DNA of 64,000 nt from contig JBODTK010000015.1 of NCBI GenBank assembly GCA_050613775.1, positions 1,178,001-1,242,000 of the forward strand. The letters run 5' to 3'. Shown in pieces: positions 24,914-43,032 of the stretch (positions are counted from its first letter, which is position 1; each line of letters begins with the position of its first letter). The notes beneath the pieces are model-generated. The model did not search any database. It was not told the origin of the DNA and was given only the letters and a program-made list of their open reading frames with translations. Made by a program: the position numbers and the translations under genes. The stretch comes from Neocallimastix sp. 'constans'. Lineage: Eukaryota.

Positions 24914-26990
24914 TTTATATTTATTTTGTTATTATTATTGTTATTATTATTATTATATATTTATTTTATTTTATTTAAATTTATATTTATATTTATATTT
25001 ATTTTTATATTTATATTAATATTTTTTCTATATATTTACTTAAAAATTTATATATTTTTTTTTATTTGTTTTATTTTAATATATTGTTACTTCACTTTAT
25101 TTTCTATTATTATATTTTTATATATACTTTATATTTACTTTATTATTATTATTTTATAAAAAAAATAATAAAAAATAATAATGTTTTTTTTTTTTTTTGT
25201 TTTTTTTTTTTTACTGTTTTTTATTCATTAATTATTAAAGTAAAAATGTTTATATTTTATATTCAGATAAATATTCAAATTAATAAATAAATCTTTTTTT
25301 TTTTTTTTTTTATTTTTTTTTAAATAATAAAAAATAAATATATTATTAAAATATATAAAATAAATATTTAAATAGTTTAACTTTATAGATTTTTAATGTT
25401 AATATAATATAATTTAATTTAATTTAATTTAATTCAACTTAATATTATTTAAAATAATTTAATTTAATATTCTGTTTTTTTCTCTTTTTTTCTCTTTTTT
25501 CTCTTTTTTTTTTTTGTATCCAATTACAACCATAATCTTTAAACGAGAATTTTAACGTGATTTTTAATTATTCAATAGGTTAGATTATTTAATAATAGAT
25601 TTGGATTATGTAATAATTAAGGAAATAATTATTTTATTTATTTTATTTTATTTTATAATTAATTATACCAATTATATTATTAAAATGGAGAAGCAATATA
25701 CTTTTATTGAATATTAAATTTATTTTTTTTTTTTTTTTATAAATTCATATATATATATATAAATAGATGATATTTTTTATTGTATATACATTTATGATAA
25801 TATTTCTTTAATAATATATATCTGTAATATGTATAACCATAATTTTAAAGTGTATCTTTTTTTAAAAGTAATTTAATAAATATATAATTATAGATTTATA
25901 GATTATTAATATTGAAAAGTTAATAATACCGTTTTGAGAAAATTTAAAAGTGAATATATAAAACAAAAATATATAATATTTATTATTATTATTATTATTA
26001 ATTAATGATTATATAATATGCTATTATAAAATACAATATTATCTTTATTAAAAGATGCCATTGTAAAAGAGAGTCATTATCTACAAGGACTACTTTCACA
26101 ATACAGTAATAAACAAAGATTTAAATTACTGTAGTAAATTTTTTTTTTTTTTATATAATATTAATTAATATTAATATTAATAATATATATATAAATATAA
26201 ATGGAATTCAAAAAATCATACTTTATTCAATATATTAATTTTTTTTTTTTTTAAATTATAAAAAAATTATTTATTTAAACTTTTTATATGTAAAATATAT
26301 ATAAATTAAATAAATAAAAAAAAAAATTGGAAACAAAAATAATAAATTTCTAATTTCTAAAAATATATTGGAAACAAAAAATTTTAATTATGCACATGTT
26401 AGATTAATATTTTGTAACTGGTACCATAAAGAAAGAAAATTGAATTATTTATTTTTAATTATCATATTATATTAAATTATTTAAAAAATTGAAAATCAAA
26501 TATAAAATATTTGTGGATTTTTTATAACACAAATTATGAAAATAGGACAAATTATTAAATTGATAAATTTGTATATGAAAGTGTATTATTAATATCTAAT
26601 TGCCAATTTAAATGAATTTAAATTCCTATATATATATATATATAACATCATTCAAAGTAATATAGAAATCAAAAAGTAGGATACATTTTATTCAAACAAT
26701 CAATCGATTATCTATTATTATTAATATTATAAATTTTTATGTAGTAAAAATTTTGTAAACATTTTGTATTTAATATATAACTATTAATTAAAAAAAAAAA
26801 AATCTAAATTAATAAATAGAAATTATAAAATAATGAATAATATTCCATTATCTAAACATAAAATCAAAAAATAAGTAATACTTTTTAATAAATAGAATAG
26901 AAAAATAGAAGAAAATGAAGAAAGAAGGTCCAACTAAAAAGGAAGAATGCTTAAAGAAATGTATTTTTTTAAAATCTTTAGAAAATACAG

Positions 26991-27024
<34 letters not shown>

Positions 27025-27082
27025 TAATGAAGCAGTTGTTAATGTTGAAATGAGGTTGAGGTTAATGAAGAAACATAGAAAT

Positions 27083-27113
<31 letters not shown>

Positions 27114-27719
27114 GCTAAATTATTTTGTTCAAAAAATTTCTATAGTGTATAATTATCATCCATTTCAATAAAGCTATGATTTAATCATGAATACTTATTT
27201 GTTATAATATGAAAATTAAAGTAGTTAGATAAATGAGGTGATAAACCTTTCAAAATAATAATATATATATATTTATAAATATTTCTAACCAAAAAAAAAA
27301 AAAAAAAAAAAAATATACTAAAGAGTATCACTATTAAATAATTTAATATTAATAATAATATTTATAATTTAATATACTTATTTAGATAGATAAATATTTA
27401 GAAAATAGTGTTTTTTTTTTTTTACAATAAAATTTCATTTTTTATAAATTGTTATATTAATTATATGTTATTGAAAAATTATTATTATTATTTTTATATT
27501 TTTTGATAAAAAAAAAATTATATAAATATATATAAAATAATTATGAATGATTAATAAATAATCTAAAAAAAAATAAAAAAAAAAATTTTTTTATATTTTA
27601 AATTAATAAATAATAATAAGTAAAATAGTCATTATTTAGTATATTAAATAAAGTATAATTTTTTTTTTCTTTTTTGATTATGGTATTAAAACGCTTGTTT
27701 TATTATCTTATTTTATTTT

Positions 27720-27756
<37 letters not shown>

Positions 27757-27878
27757 TTGAATATGGTATTAAAATGTTTGTATTATTAACTTTTTTTATT
27801 TTTTTAATTTTTTTTATTATTTTAATATTTGTTATTATTATTATTATTATTTAAATATATATATATATATATATATAT

Positions 27879-27917
<39 letters not shown>

Positions 27918-27930
27918 CATTTCATTTTAT

Positions 27931-31379
<3,449 letters not shown>

Positions 31380-31762
31380 TAAATATATATTATAATTTCA
31401 TTTCATTTAAATTTTTATTCATTTTTTTCTTTTATTTGAATTTTTAAAAAAAAATGAAAAAATATAAAAAAAAATAATTAAATAATGAAATTAAAGATAT
31501 TTTTTCAAAAAAAAAAAGTATATATTTACATTGTTTTAATAAGAAAAGAAAATAGGAAAAAAAAAAAAATAATAATTAATAGGAAAAAAAAAAAAAAAAA
31601 AAAAATTAAAAAAGATTCAGTATCTAAATAATTTTAAAATTTAATATATTTATATTTATAGTAAACTTTATTAAATATTATAAATAAATATTAAAAAAAA
31701 AAAAATTGGAAACATTTAAAATTTTAAAAAAAAATTAATAAAAGGTAATAATAATAATATTA

Positions 31763-31798
<36 letters not shown>

Positions 31799-31958
31799 TA
31801 AAAATATTTAATAAATATATATATATTTATTAATATTTAAATAAAATATATAAATTAATTTCAATTTTTATAATAATTATAAATACAATAAAATAAAAGA
31901 TAAAATAAAATAAAAATGAAAAAAAATAAGGAAATAAAAATTAAAAAAAATTATTTTT

Positions 31959-32136
31959 TCAGTTGATTCTTTTTGAATCATCCTTTTTTTTTTTTTTTTT
32001 TTTTTTTCCAGTCGATTCTTTCTGAATCATCCTTTTTATATATATTTATATATATATATTATATATATATATCAGTCGATTCTTTCTGAATCATCCTTTT
32101 TTTTTTTTTTTTCAGTTGATTCTTTCTGAATTATCT
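31959..32136. repeat. Four copies of a 25-bp motif CAGTYGATTCTTTYTGAATCATCC separated by poly-T or (TA)n spacers
   Basis: Copies at ~31959, 32008, 32072 and 32112; internal GATTC-N5-GAATC palindrome. Confidence 0.9.
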
Positions 32137-33399
32137 TTTTTTTTTTTTATCAGGTGTTTATTACTGTATATTTATCTTTTTGAAAGAGAAATATACAGTA
32201 AATAAAAGATTTGGCGTTGTGTTAAAATCTGTAAATCCATCTTAATCCTTTCTTAAATAATTTCTAAGTATTATTTGTTCTCTCTTTATTTGAACCAAAT
32301 AATGGTGCAAAGTAAGAGAGCAATTAGGAGTTAATTATAATCTTCTTAAATGAAAATAGGAATTTTTGAATTTGAAAGAAAATGCTACTAACAGAAAAGA
32401 GAGAGCTTTAGTGACTTTAGTGTTGTTAAGTAATTTAATAATAGGATTCAATGGTAAAGTTTTTATCAAATGGTTGGTATACCTAAAAAAAAAACAAAAA
32501 AAAAAAAAAAAAAGTATATAATATTTAGTTATTGGGATTGGTTGACCAGTAAGATGAAAAAAGTAGGATCTCTTTTTATTTTGAAAAGGAGGTGTGTCTG
32601 GTCGAATCACCATCGTGGCACAACTTGTTAATTCCAAAAATTCATCAAAGTATAAAAATATAATAATTTTTTTTTTTTTTTTACCAAATTTTTATATTAA
32701 AAAATAAAAAATTGAGCTTTTAAATAAATTTTAAAAAATAAAAAAAAAAAAATAAAAAAAAAAAAATAAAAAATAAATAATTATTACTGAAGCCAAGATT
32801 TAATTTATCATCCATTATTTCATATTTTTTACTTTTTATTTTTATTTTATTTTATTTTATTTTATTTTAAAAAAAAATATTTATAATTGTATATAAATAT
32901 TTTTATGACTATTATAATAATGAAATTTAGCTATTTTTTAAAAATTTATAATTGTATTATTTTAAAATATATTTTATATATTTAGATTAATTTAGTGTAT
33001 TTTTTTTTTTTAAGATATAAAAGATATAAAAAGTGTTTCAACTCTTCTAAAATATATATAAATAATTTATTTTATTAATTATCTTAATTTATTAAAAAAA
33101 AAAAAAAAAAGAAAATAAAAAGAAAAAAGAAATATATATTTATTTACCAATGGAATTTGATATATTTTTTTAATTATAATATTGTTTTTATGAAATAAAG
33201 ATGTTAATTTTTTTTTTTTTTTTATAGACTGAAGACTTATGTCTCCCCTATATGTTAATATGGGTGTATGTTTAACTCCATACCAGTACGGCGTCGACGC
33301 TCGCAACCCCCATAAGCAAAGAAACTCCAGTATAGAAGCACTCTACGCGATCCCCAAAGGAAAGCAGAGCTCACTATAGATAAGTTTCTTTATTATCGT

Positions 33400-34870
33400 T
33401 TTTTTACGCCTTTGACAAATTTCTCCATTTGAAATAAATAAATAGAACACTTTCTTCTTTGTTACTGAAATCCAAATTGTTCTGGTCTAATAAAATTATT
33501 TTTAAGTTCATATTCCGAAATTCATTTTAGAGACTATTTTCAAAATGAGTTTTATATCATTGTTAATGAAAGAGATACCTCGATAATTGTCATAATCCGA
33601 TAGATCATCTCCTTTTTTTAAGGAATAGATATAATACTTGCTTCATTCCATGTACCAAGAAAATTTGTCATTCCAAATTCTAGAAAATATCTTCTGTAAA
33701 CAATTTAAACCAGAAGCTGAATTATTTGCATAATTTTTTATCATCAGGAGGAATTAAAGCTTTATAAAATTCAAGAAGAATTCCATCCGGGCCTGAAGCT
33801 TTATAATTTGGAGTAGCTAATATTGATTCTTTAATTCCTTTTCTACTAATGCCTTGATTTATATCCCAATCATTATATCTTGTATATATCTGATTATGCC
33901 ATTAGAAAATTTTATTAGACCATTCGATTAATGAACTATTGAAATCAGATTGGCTTGATGCAAGTTTTTTTTATAGTGATTATGCTATACTTCTAACTGT
34001 TCTTTAAGTAGAAGTAGCTAATTTTACCATTTTTTGTTTTTTACTGGAGAATTTTAACATATTTTTAAATTTATCTACTTTTGTTGTTGCTTTAAGCCAT
34101 TTCCAAGCTTTTTTTTGGATTATGAGATTCACATCCTATATTGATCCAATGTTGGTATTCAACTTTCCTATAAATATTACCAATATATGATGAATAATTG
34201 TGCTTAATCTATTATATTTTTCAATTAATTCTTCAAATTTAATGGCTTTATTTAATTTCATTTTGAGTTTTTTAAAAATTAAATATTTTCTGTGACATAT
34301 GAAAAAAAAAAAAAGAATTTTCTTACCTCTGACATTGACGTGATATTAAGTTCTTTAGTAATATTGAATGAAGTTGATATAAAATTTCTTATAAACATCA
34401 TCAATACTAATATCCGGATCTGGAATCACTTCCTCTAATACACTAAAAATAGTTATTGTCAAAAAATGGATTCTTTTTCATTTATACAATTTTAATCTAT
34501 CCCATTTAACTGTCTTTTTTAGGCAGAGAGAAAGAATTATCTGAATTATCTAGTGTAAAACATTTCCCTTTTATTAATAAAGACTTATAATCTGAAATAG
34601 GGGGGAGAAAATCAATAAAAATACCCTTTGAAAGTAAATCTAACATATGATCATTGACAATTGCATGATCTATATCAGATTCTCTATTACCTCTACTTCA
34701 TGAAATTGAGGAGCCCTATAAGGGAAGAATTTTCCCAATTACTAAAATTAGAGAGTAAAATTACCTAATTTTTCAGTAGGTAAATTAAAATCACCATCCA
34801 ACATTGAAGGATGAGAAGAGTGACTATTTTACCATGACAAAATTTCAATTCTAGCAGCTCTACCATGAAG
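33400..34870 (-). mobile_element. Degenerate non-LTR retrotransposon (LINE) fragment: end of APE endonuclease, linker and start of reverse transcriptase
   Basis: Minus-strand translation gives SDIDHAIVNDH and ISDYK (EN), KAWKWLKAT, YKASGPDGILLEFYKAL, GTWNEASII, KKGDDLSDYDNYRGISLINND (RT start); many stops and frameshifts. Confidence 0.85.
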
Positions 34871-34905
34871 ACTATGACCACTATAAGGTACATATATATT
34901 ACCAA

Positions 34906-34942
<37 letters not shown>

Positions 34943-35171
34943 GGCAGCAAACTTGTTTCATCTTTATTAATTAAATATTTGATAAAATACATGTAATAAA
35001 ATAATAAAAAAAAAAGATAAAAAAATAAACAAAAAATAAAACACAAAATAAAATAAAATAATGGTATAATATATTCTAGTTTCATTTAATTAATATTTGT
35101 AAGACTTCACAAGGGCATTATTATACTGAAGTATAATAATTAATTTTTACTTCGCAATGTTAATCCTAATT

Positions 35172-36000
35172 TTAAGATACAAAATTATGATCTTCATTGG
35201 TTGCGCTAGCCCTGCTGGCCTGTCTTACTGTTTCTTCAACATTGACGCTCTTAGTAGTAGTAGTATGATTTGATTTGAACCTATTGAACAAAGACCATTG
35301 CTGGCCAATAGCAATAGGTATAATCGATTGGAGAAGTGCCGCAGTAACCACCAAGAACGGAGTATCAGATTTCATCTGGCACTTAAATAGATCCTCCCAT
35401 TCCCTTGTACTGTTACTAATACTTCGACCTCCAAGAAGGAAATTAAACACTTTTTCACACACACTAGAATCAATATACACATTATTTTCAATACTATTAC
35501 TAACATTACTAATAATACTATTACTAATATTACTAAAACTAATATTACTATTACTATTATTACTATTTCTATTATTACTATTACTATTATTACTATTATT
35601 ATTATTATTATTACTGTTGCTGTAATCATAATTATTATTAACAATATCATTTGTTAGGTTGCCACGGTAGAAAGCATTATATAAAAATAAAATTTTGTCA
35701 TTAACTTTACTACGAATATGATTGAAAAATGGACAATCAATTAACCAATGACTTATCCATTGTGTATTACTTTTACAACAGGGACAAAAATTAGGACACA
35801 TTTGATCTATTATTTTTGCAGCTTTAGCAATTCTAACATCTAATCTATATCCGCTTCGTGCTCTCAATAGCCAATAGAAATCATATGAAAGATCAGGATA
35901 TTCATAACAAAGTTTAATAAATTTTGATGTTTCTTTGAATTTGTTTTTGTCATAAAACTCAGCTTTTATAGAATTGATATTACCAATAAGAGCATTTAGT
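35172..36000 (-). mobile_element. LINE ORF2 C-terminal fragment with CCHC zinc knuckle
   Basis: FYWLLRARSGY...CPNFCPCCKSNTQWISHWLIDCPFFNHIR, then FNFLLGGR; in-frame Asn/Ser microsatellite expansion. Confidence 0.8.
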
Positions 36001-36547
36001 GAAATTCCAAATATTAAAAGTATACAAAGAAATAATATACTTCTAAGTATCGTTTTTCAAGAGAGGCTTGACAAGAATTATGAAACCCTATATAAAGTCC
36101 TCTTTTACCGGGAATTTCGTTATTAGATCTTTTTTTTTTTGAAGAAATGCTTATAGTTTTTTAATGAAACTCGACATGGGTATTTTACTATTAGAACCTG
36201 AACCAGTGAAGGTAATAAGATACCTGAGGTTTCATCATTCATCATTTCTAATAGATGAGGTGAGATTGAAACACAAAAATAAACAAATTAATTAAAAAAA
36301 AAAAAAATAAAAATAAAAATAATAAAAATAAAATAATAAAAAATATGATTAAAAAGATTAATTATTTATGATTTAATTATTTTGCACTATTTATTTATTA
36401 TTATTATTTTGTTACATGTTTTTTTTTTTTTTTCATATTTAATTATAAACAGTATTTTTTTGTTTTATAATTAAATAATAATAATAATTTTTCTTTTTTT
36501 TTTTTTTGTATTTTATATAAATTTTTTTTTTATTTATTCAGTTGTCC

Positions 36548-37721
36548 TTAATTGGTTGGGCGTTTATCTGATTTAAGATAGGCAGCAATATCTGGATTTT
36601 GACCAACAGTTTCATAAACCTTTAAGAGATTTGGAGTAGTTTCTTTAGTAAATAAACCTTCTATGTTAAGGTAAGATTCAACAAAACCGTAGGCAATAAC
36701 ATCAACATAGGTGAGCTAATTTAAAAAAATTAAAATATATATATATATATTAATATAAAAATATAAAAATATAAATAAAAAATCTTTTTTTTTTTTTTTT
36801 TTTTTTTTTTTGTTTTGTTTTGTTTTGTTTTGTTTTACAAATAAATCAATTTAAATATTTAAAATATTTAAAAAAATTTAGTACATACTTTATCGTCCAT
36901 GTAGTGACCATTGGAACCATTACTAGCAAGAATAGCTTCTTGATAAGAAATATTATTTTTAACAAAGTCACTCTTTATATATTCCTTAATAATTTCATTA
37001 AAGTTTTCCTTTCCCTATTAAAAACATAAATATTAACATAAAACAAATCAATAAGTGAATAATTCATTTATATTGCTTACATTAATATAATACATAAATT
37101 TTTTTAATTTTTTGTCTATATTATATTTTAATTTTTTTTTTTTTTCTTTTTTCTTTTTTTTTTTTTTTTATAAATCATATGTGTCTATTATAAATTGATA
37201 ATATAATTTTATTTTATATTAAATTCTTTTTCTTTTATTTGTTACTTTACCGAATTAGAGAAAACTTCACCCATGACTCCATTGAAAAATTCATAGAGTC
37301 CTACAAAGTAAGAATCAAGAAGAGCATTCTTGCAAGGGCATTCAGTAACTAAGTCTATTTCATTCAAGAATTTTTATTATATATAGATATATTTATTGAT
37401 TTAATAAAATGAAAAAAAAATTATAACACTTTTTTATATTTATCAATAAAACAAAAAAAAAAAAAAAAACTTACTAAATTTATTTGCAATGTATCTAACA
37501 ATAGCACCAGTTTGAACTAAACGAAGTTCCTTACCATTTGATTTATGTTCAATTAACATAGGAACTTGCTTGTATAATAAACCTTCAGTAGAGAACTTTT
37601 CCTTTGGCCAATCGGTTACACCTTTGCTTTCCCAGTTAGCCTTAGCAGCAACTAAAAGTAAACGAACTAATTCAGCTCTACCTTTGATTGGGAAATAGAA
37701 AACTTCAAATTTGGAATCCAT
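36548..37721 (-). CDS. Glutathione S-transferase (cytosolic, Tyr/Phe-type N-terminus, ~214 aa); 4 exons: 37721-37475, 37354-37251, 37014-36889, 36715-36548
   Basis: YFPIKGRAELVRLLL, KQVPML, LVQTGAIVRYIA, C-domain LTYVD and PNLLKVYETV...IAAYLKSDKRP; three in-frame GT-AG introns. Confidence 0.92.
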
Positions 37722-38404
37722 TATTGCTTTTTCGAAAATTTTATTTTTTATTTTATTTTTTTTTTTTTTGAATGTTGAATAAAAAATATTTTTTATTTCA
37801 AAGAAAAATTTATCTCTTTTTATAGTTTTTTTTTTTTTTTTTTCATTCTTTCTTTCCTTCCGTTATTAAAACTATTAATAATAGTTAAATAAGTAAATAA
37901 TTAAATAATTAAATAATATATTTAAATAAAAATACTTTCCATTCATATCAAAATAAAATATATAAAAATTAACTCCTTTATTTAATTTCAATTAATTTAT
38001 TTATTATTTATTTATTTATGTATTATTTATTTATTTATTTAATTTGTCTTTTTTTTTTAAAAAATTAATTAAAAATTTTAAATTAAAATTTCATTTTATA
38101 AAAAAAATAAAAAAAAAATTTTTTTTTCCAACTATAATCAAAAGTTTATTTTTATTTTTTTTTTTTACTTCTTTCTGTTCATTTATTTTTATTTTCTTTT
38201 ATTTATTTATTAATAATTGCCTTCATTTTTTTTTTTTTTATGAATGCTTTTTATGCACTATAATAAAATAAGCAAAAATTATTTATGTTTTGTCTTATGA
38301 TTTAAAAATAATAATTAACAAAAGTATAATAAAAAAAAAAACTTTTTAATAGACAAAACATTTGACAATTTCAATTGTTAAACAAAAAAAATAGTTTAAA
38401 TGCC

Positions 38405-38586
<182 letters not shown>

Positions 38587-39049
38587 GGTATATTTTATTA
38601 TAATTTAAATTTAAAAAAAATGAACATGTTCTAACCTTATTTCATATTTCAACTATCTAAAATCAAAAAATCTTTTTCTTTCTCTTCCACCAATCAATCA
38701 TCAAGAAACACTTTAAGTTGGTGGAAATCTTAAATTAGACAGAATAGAAGCGGAAATTTTCTTTCTTTTTTTCTGCTTTTTTACACATAAACTTTTTTGA
38801 CTTTTTAAATTAATTATTTCTTTTTTTATGATGCTTTTTATTCAGTAATATATATTCTTTTATATATAAATTATATTATCTGATTATACTCTTGAATATT
38901 ATTTTATATACTGTATTATATATTGTAGTATTATATTTTATATATTTTCTAATATATGGAATTAATTATTATATTTCTTTTTAAGGTTGATTTAATTTTC
39001 TTTTTTTTAGTAAATTTATTTATGTTTCACTTTATAATTATATAATTAA

Positions 39050-40230
39050 AAATAATAAATAATAAATAATTGAATAATAAATAATTAATAATAAAAAGAG
39101 TATTTATTAATAAATAATAAATAATAAATAATAAATAATAAATAATAAATAATAAATAATAAATAATAAATAATAAATAATAAATAATAAATAATAAATA
39201 ATAAATAATAAATAATAAATAATAAATAATAAATAATAAGTAAATAAATAATAAATAATAAATAATACGTAAATAATACATAATAAATAATTGAATAATA
39301 AATAATAAATAATAAATAATAAATAATTGAATAATAAATAATAAATAATAAATAATACGTAAATAATACATAATATGTTAAGTATTAGCTACAGTATAAT
39401 TATACATTATACATTGTAATATTTATATGCCACAATTAGCCACATTATAAATACATTTGTTATTAGATAGTTATTAAATAGTTATTATAAATCTTATTTA
39501 TTATATTTTGTTAAACTGTAATATTCTTTATTATGTAATATTCATATAATTAAATATAAATAAATAAAAGCCATATTAACATAATTGAGATTGTTAGATT
39601 TCAGTTACTTAACATAATAAATAATAAGTAAATAATAAATAATAAATAATTGAATAATAAATAATAAATAATAAATAATAAATAATAAATAATAAGTAAA
39701 TAATAAATAATAAATAATAAGTAATAAATAATTGAATAATAAATAATAAATAATTGAATAATAAATAATAAATAATTGAATAATAAATGATAAATAATAA
39801 ATAATAAATAATAAATAATAAATAATAAATAATAAATAATAAATAATAAATAATAAATAATAAATAATAAATAGTAAATAGTAAATAATAAATAATAATA
39901 AATAAATAGTAAATAATAAATAATAAATAATAAATAAATAATAAATAATAAATAATAATAAATAAATTTTAATATTAAAAATAAAATTTATATATTATAT
40001 TTATATATACATATAAACAAAAAATAATAAACTTTTTCCATTATAAGGAGTTTAAGATTTTCATTATATATCATAACATTAACATAGGGAAGTCAATTGA
40101 ATAATATGAATAAATGAAATATTCATGAATGCTTATGAAATTAATTTACTACTTAAACTTATAATTTGATATATATGTATAAATTAAATAAATTTTTTGA
40201 AAGAAATATAATGAAACGAAAAAAGAATAA

Positions 40231-40265
<35 letters not shown>

Positions 40266-40970
40266 TTTTTTTTTTTTTGATAATTTATTGCTTATTAATT
40301 AAAATTTTTAATAATACTCTATATTAATATTTAATTCTATATATAATATAATATAATGATGTATTATTAATATTGAGGTAGTCACAACACATCATATGCT
40401 TTCATATAGGAGAATATTGTCCCTGATAGATGGTCTTATTAAGTGTTCAGTATTGGCGCTATGAACCTGAAAATGATGATGTTATATACATTAAAAAAAA
40501 AAAAAGAAAAAGGAAAAAAAGAAAAAGGAATAATATTGGAGAAAGATTCAATATGAGTAATGCTAAAATCAATTCATTAATTATATTTTAATTATTTATT
40601 ATTCAATTATTTATTATTATTTATTTATTATTTTTTTATTAGTTATTAATAAGTACTTATTTTATTATTTATTATTTATTATTTATTAAAAAGTACTTTT
40701 TTTATTTTTTATTATATATTAGTTATTAATAAGTAATTTTTTTTAAATATTTATTAGTTATTAGTTATTAATAAGTACTTTTTTTTTATTATTTATTATT
40801 ATTTATTATTCAATTATTTATTATTCAATTATTTATTATTCAATTATTTATTATTTATTATTTATTATTTATTATTTAATTATTTAATTATTTAATTATT
40901 TACCATTTATTATTTATTATTTAATTTATTATTTATTTATTATTATTATTATTTATTATTCAATTATTAT
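39050..40970. repeat. (AATAAAT)n arrays (39050-39370, 39620-39966) facing a reverse-complement (ATTTATT)n array (~40590-40970)
   Basis: Heptamer arrays; variant AATTGAAT in the left arm and ATTCAATT in the right arm. Confidence 0.7.
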
Positions 40971-40978
40971 TATTATTA

Positions 40979-41017
<39 letters not shown>

Positions 41018-41204
41018 TTTTTAAAAATATTTTATTCAATTTTATAATTTTTTTTTTTTTTGTACCCGTTACCAAGGTTTAATTGACATTTTTAATTAGA
41101 AAAAAAAATATTTTAAGTGGAATAAATATTATATTAGACAAACAGAATTAAAGTTTATTTAATAAAATAATTTTTTTTTTTTTTTTATACTTATTAAATT
41201 ATAA

Positions 41205-41320
41205 ATTGGAACATCAACTCTGAAAATGCAGTTTAGACAGGCTAGCAGAGCTAATACCTCTGAAGTTGAAGGGGAAGACCATAAAATCTTTCAAATAGTC
41301 AATTTAAACCCTAATCCTGA
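41205..41320 (+). mobile_element. Very short 3'-terminal fragment of the same LINE family
   Basis: Translates to RQASRANTSEVEGEDHKIF, matching VRQASRASATNEDHNFV at the end of 35172..35867. Confidence 0.6.
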
Positions 41321-41598
41321 ATAAGAATTCCCTTTAATCAGAAATATTATATTCTTGGAGGTGAGATTCGTTACATATGAACTTTTTTTTCTGAATTTGT
41401 TTTTACACTTTTATTTTGAATATAACTTTTTATATCACATTACTATTTTAAATATTAATTATGTTCAAATTGAACAAATAATATTTATTTATTTTTATTA
41501 ATTCCGTTTTTTTTTTTTTTTTTTTTAATATAAAAAATTATTCATGTAAATAATAAATGAAAAAATAAATAAAATTTAGAGTTCGTAATAATTGGGTC

Positions 41599-41648
<50 letters not shown>

Positions 41649-42996
41649 ATAACAATAAATGAATAAATAAATTATAAATTAAATTTTTTTTTTATATAAA
41701 TTTTTTTTTTTATTTCTATGAATGTAAAATAATTTCAATATTTTTTTTCTTGTTAAAAATACTTTTTTATATATGCCATTTTCTCTAATTTTTTTTTCTT
41801 TCGTATTGTCATTATTAATTTTTTTTTTTATTTTCATTTATATAACACTATCATTTAAATGGACATGGAAAGTTTAATATAAATATCTTGTATAAACATA
41901 TATATATTACATATATAACATATAGGTGGTATTAATTACATCATATATGTATTAGATTAATAAGCTAGCTTATTTATACATGATGATTCATATCTATTGA
42001 ACAATCATAATAGAATTAACTTTGATTAATATTAAATAAAAAAAAAATATTTAATTAATTAAAAATAAAATAAAATAATTTATTACTTTAATAACCTTTT
42101 TTTTTTTTCTTTTCATAAATTTAAAAAAAAAAAAAAAAAAAAAAACTATTCTTTGGATTATTAGAAATAATATAATCGCATTATTCATATTTATAGGAAA
42201 ACTAATCTTTTAAAAAATATTTAAAATATGATTTAATACTAATTTTATTGGTATTGAATCAACTAATAAAAGAATTTTAATAATAATTTTATTCATAATA
42301 AATCAACTTATTTTGATTATTATTTTTTTTCCGAGATTTTAATAAAAGTTAACTTTCTGAATTATTAGAAATAATATGATCAACCCATCCATTTGAAATT
42401 AACCTTTTAAAAACCTTCAAAAAATGATATTATTACTTATTCATTTTGAATCATTCAAATATAGGAAATTTTATATATTTATTCATAATAAATCAAATCT
42501 TTTATTTTAAAAAAATTTTTTTTTCCAAGAAAAAAAAAAAAAATAGAAATTTGATTTCAAAGTTTTTATTCATATAAATTCAACCTTTTAAAATCTTTAT
42601 AAAATTTATAATCTTAGGATTTAATGACCAATTTCTATTGAATTATTTTTCTAAAAAAAAGTCAATCTCTAAAATATTTAACATTTTTAACCTAGTTGAA
42701 TCCATCATTTAAAGGTTTTATATATTTATTTCTTCGAAATCAATTATTAAAATGTTTTAATATTTTTTTTATTCCTTTTGGATCAACTTTTTAAAACTTT
42801 TAGAATATTTGACATCTTATTGTTAATGAATAAAAAAATAAAAAAATTTTTTTTGTTAGTAAATAAATTTATATCCAATTTTTTCTATGAAAGAATCAAA
42901 AAAAAAAAAAAAAAAAAGGATCATTCTTCCAAGATTAATTGATTATTTGTTACATGACTTAGCCAGTCATATTAATTTATATCATATGCTGGATTT

Positions 42997-43032
<36 letters not shown>

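Noticed and set aside
12521..25290. Small F/I/Y/L/K-rich ORFs in intergenic and intronic DNA (e.g. 12521, 14953, 17495, 22839, 23443, 24926)
   Set aside because: Composition follows the extreme AT content, with homopolymer runs and no motifs.
31959..32136. CRISPR-like appearance (palindromic repeats with spacers)
   Set aside because: Spacers are poly-T or (TA)n of unequal length, there are no cas genes, and the context is eukaryotic.
35172..35867. Stand-alone host zinc-finger gene
   Set aside because: No ATG start, a frameshifted upstream continuation and a CCHC context match a LINE ORF2 C-terminus.
38685..38727. TTCCACCAA...TTGGTGGAA inverted repeat as a terminator or element end
   Set aside because: Only a 9-bp stem with a long loop and no supporting context.
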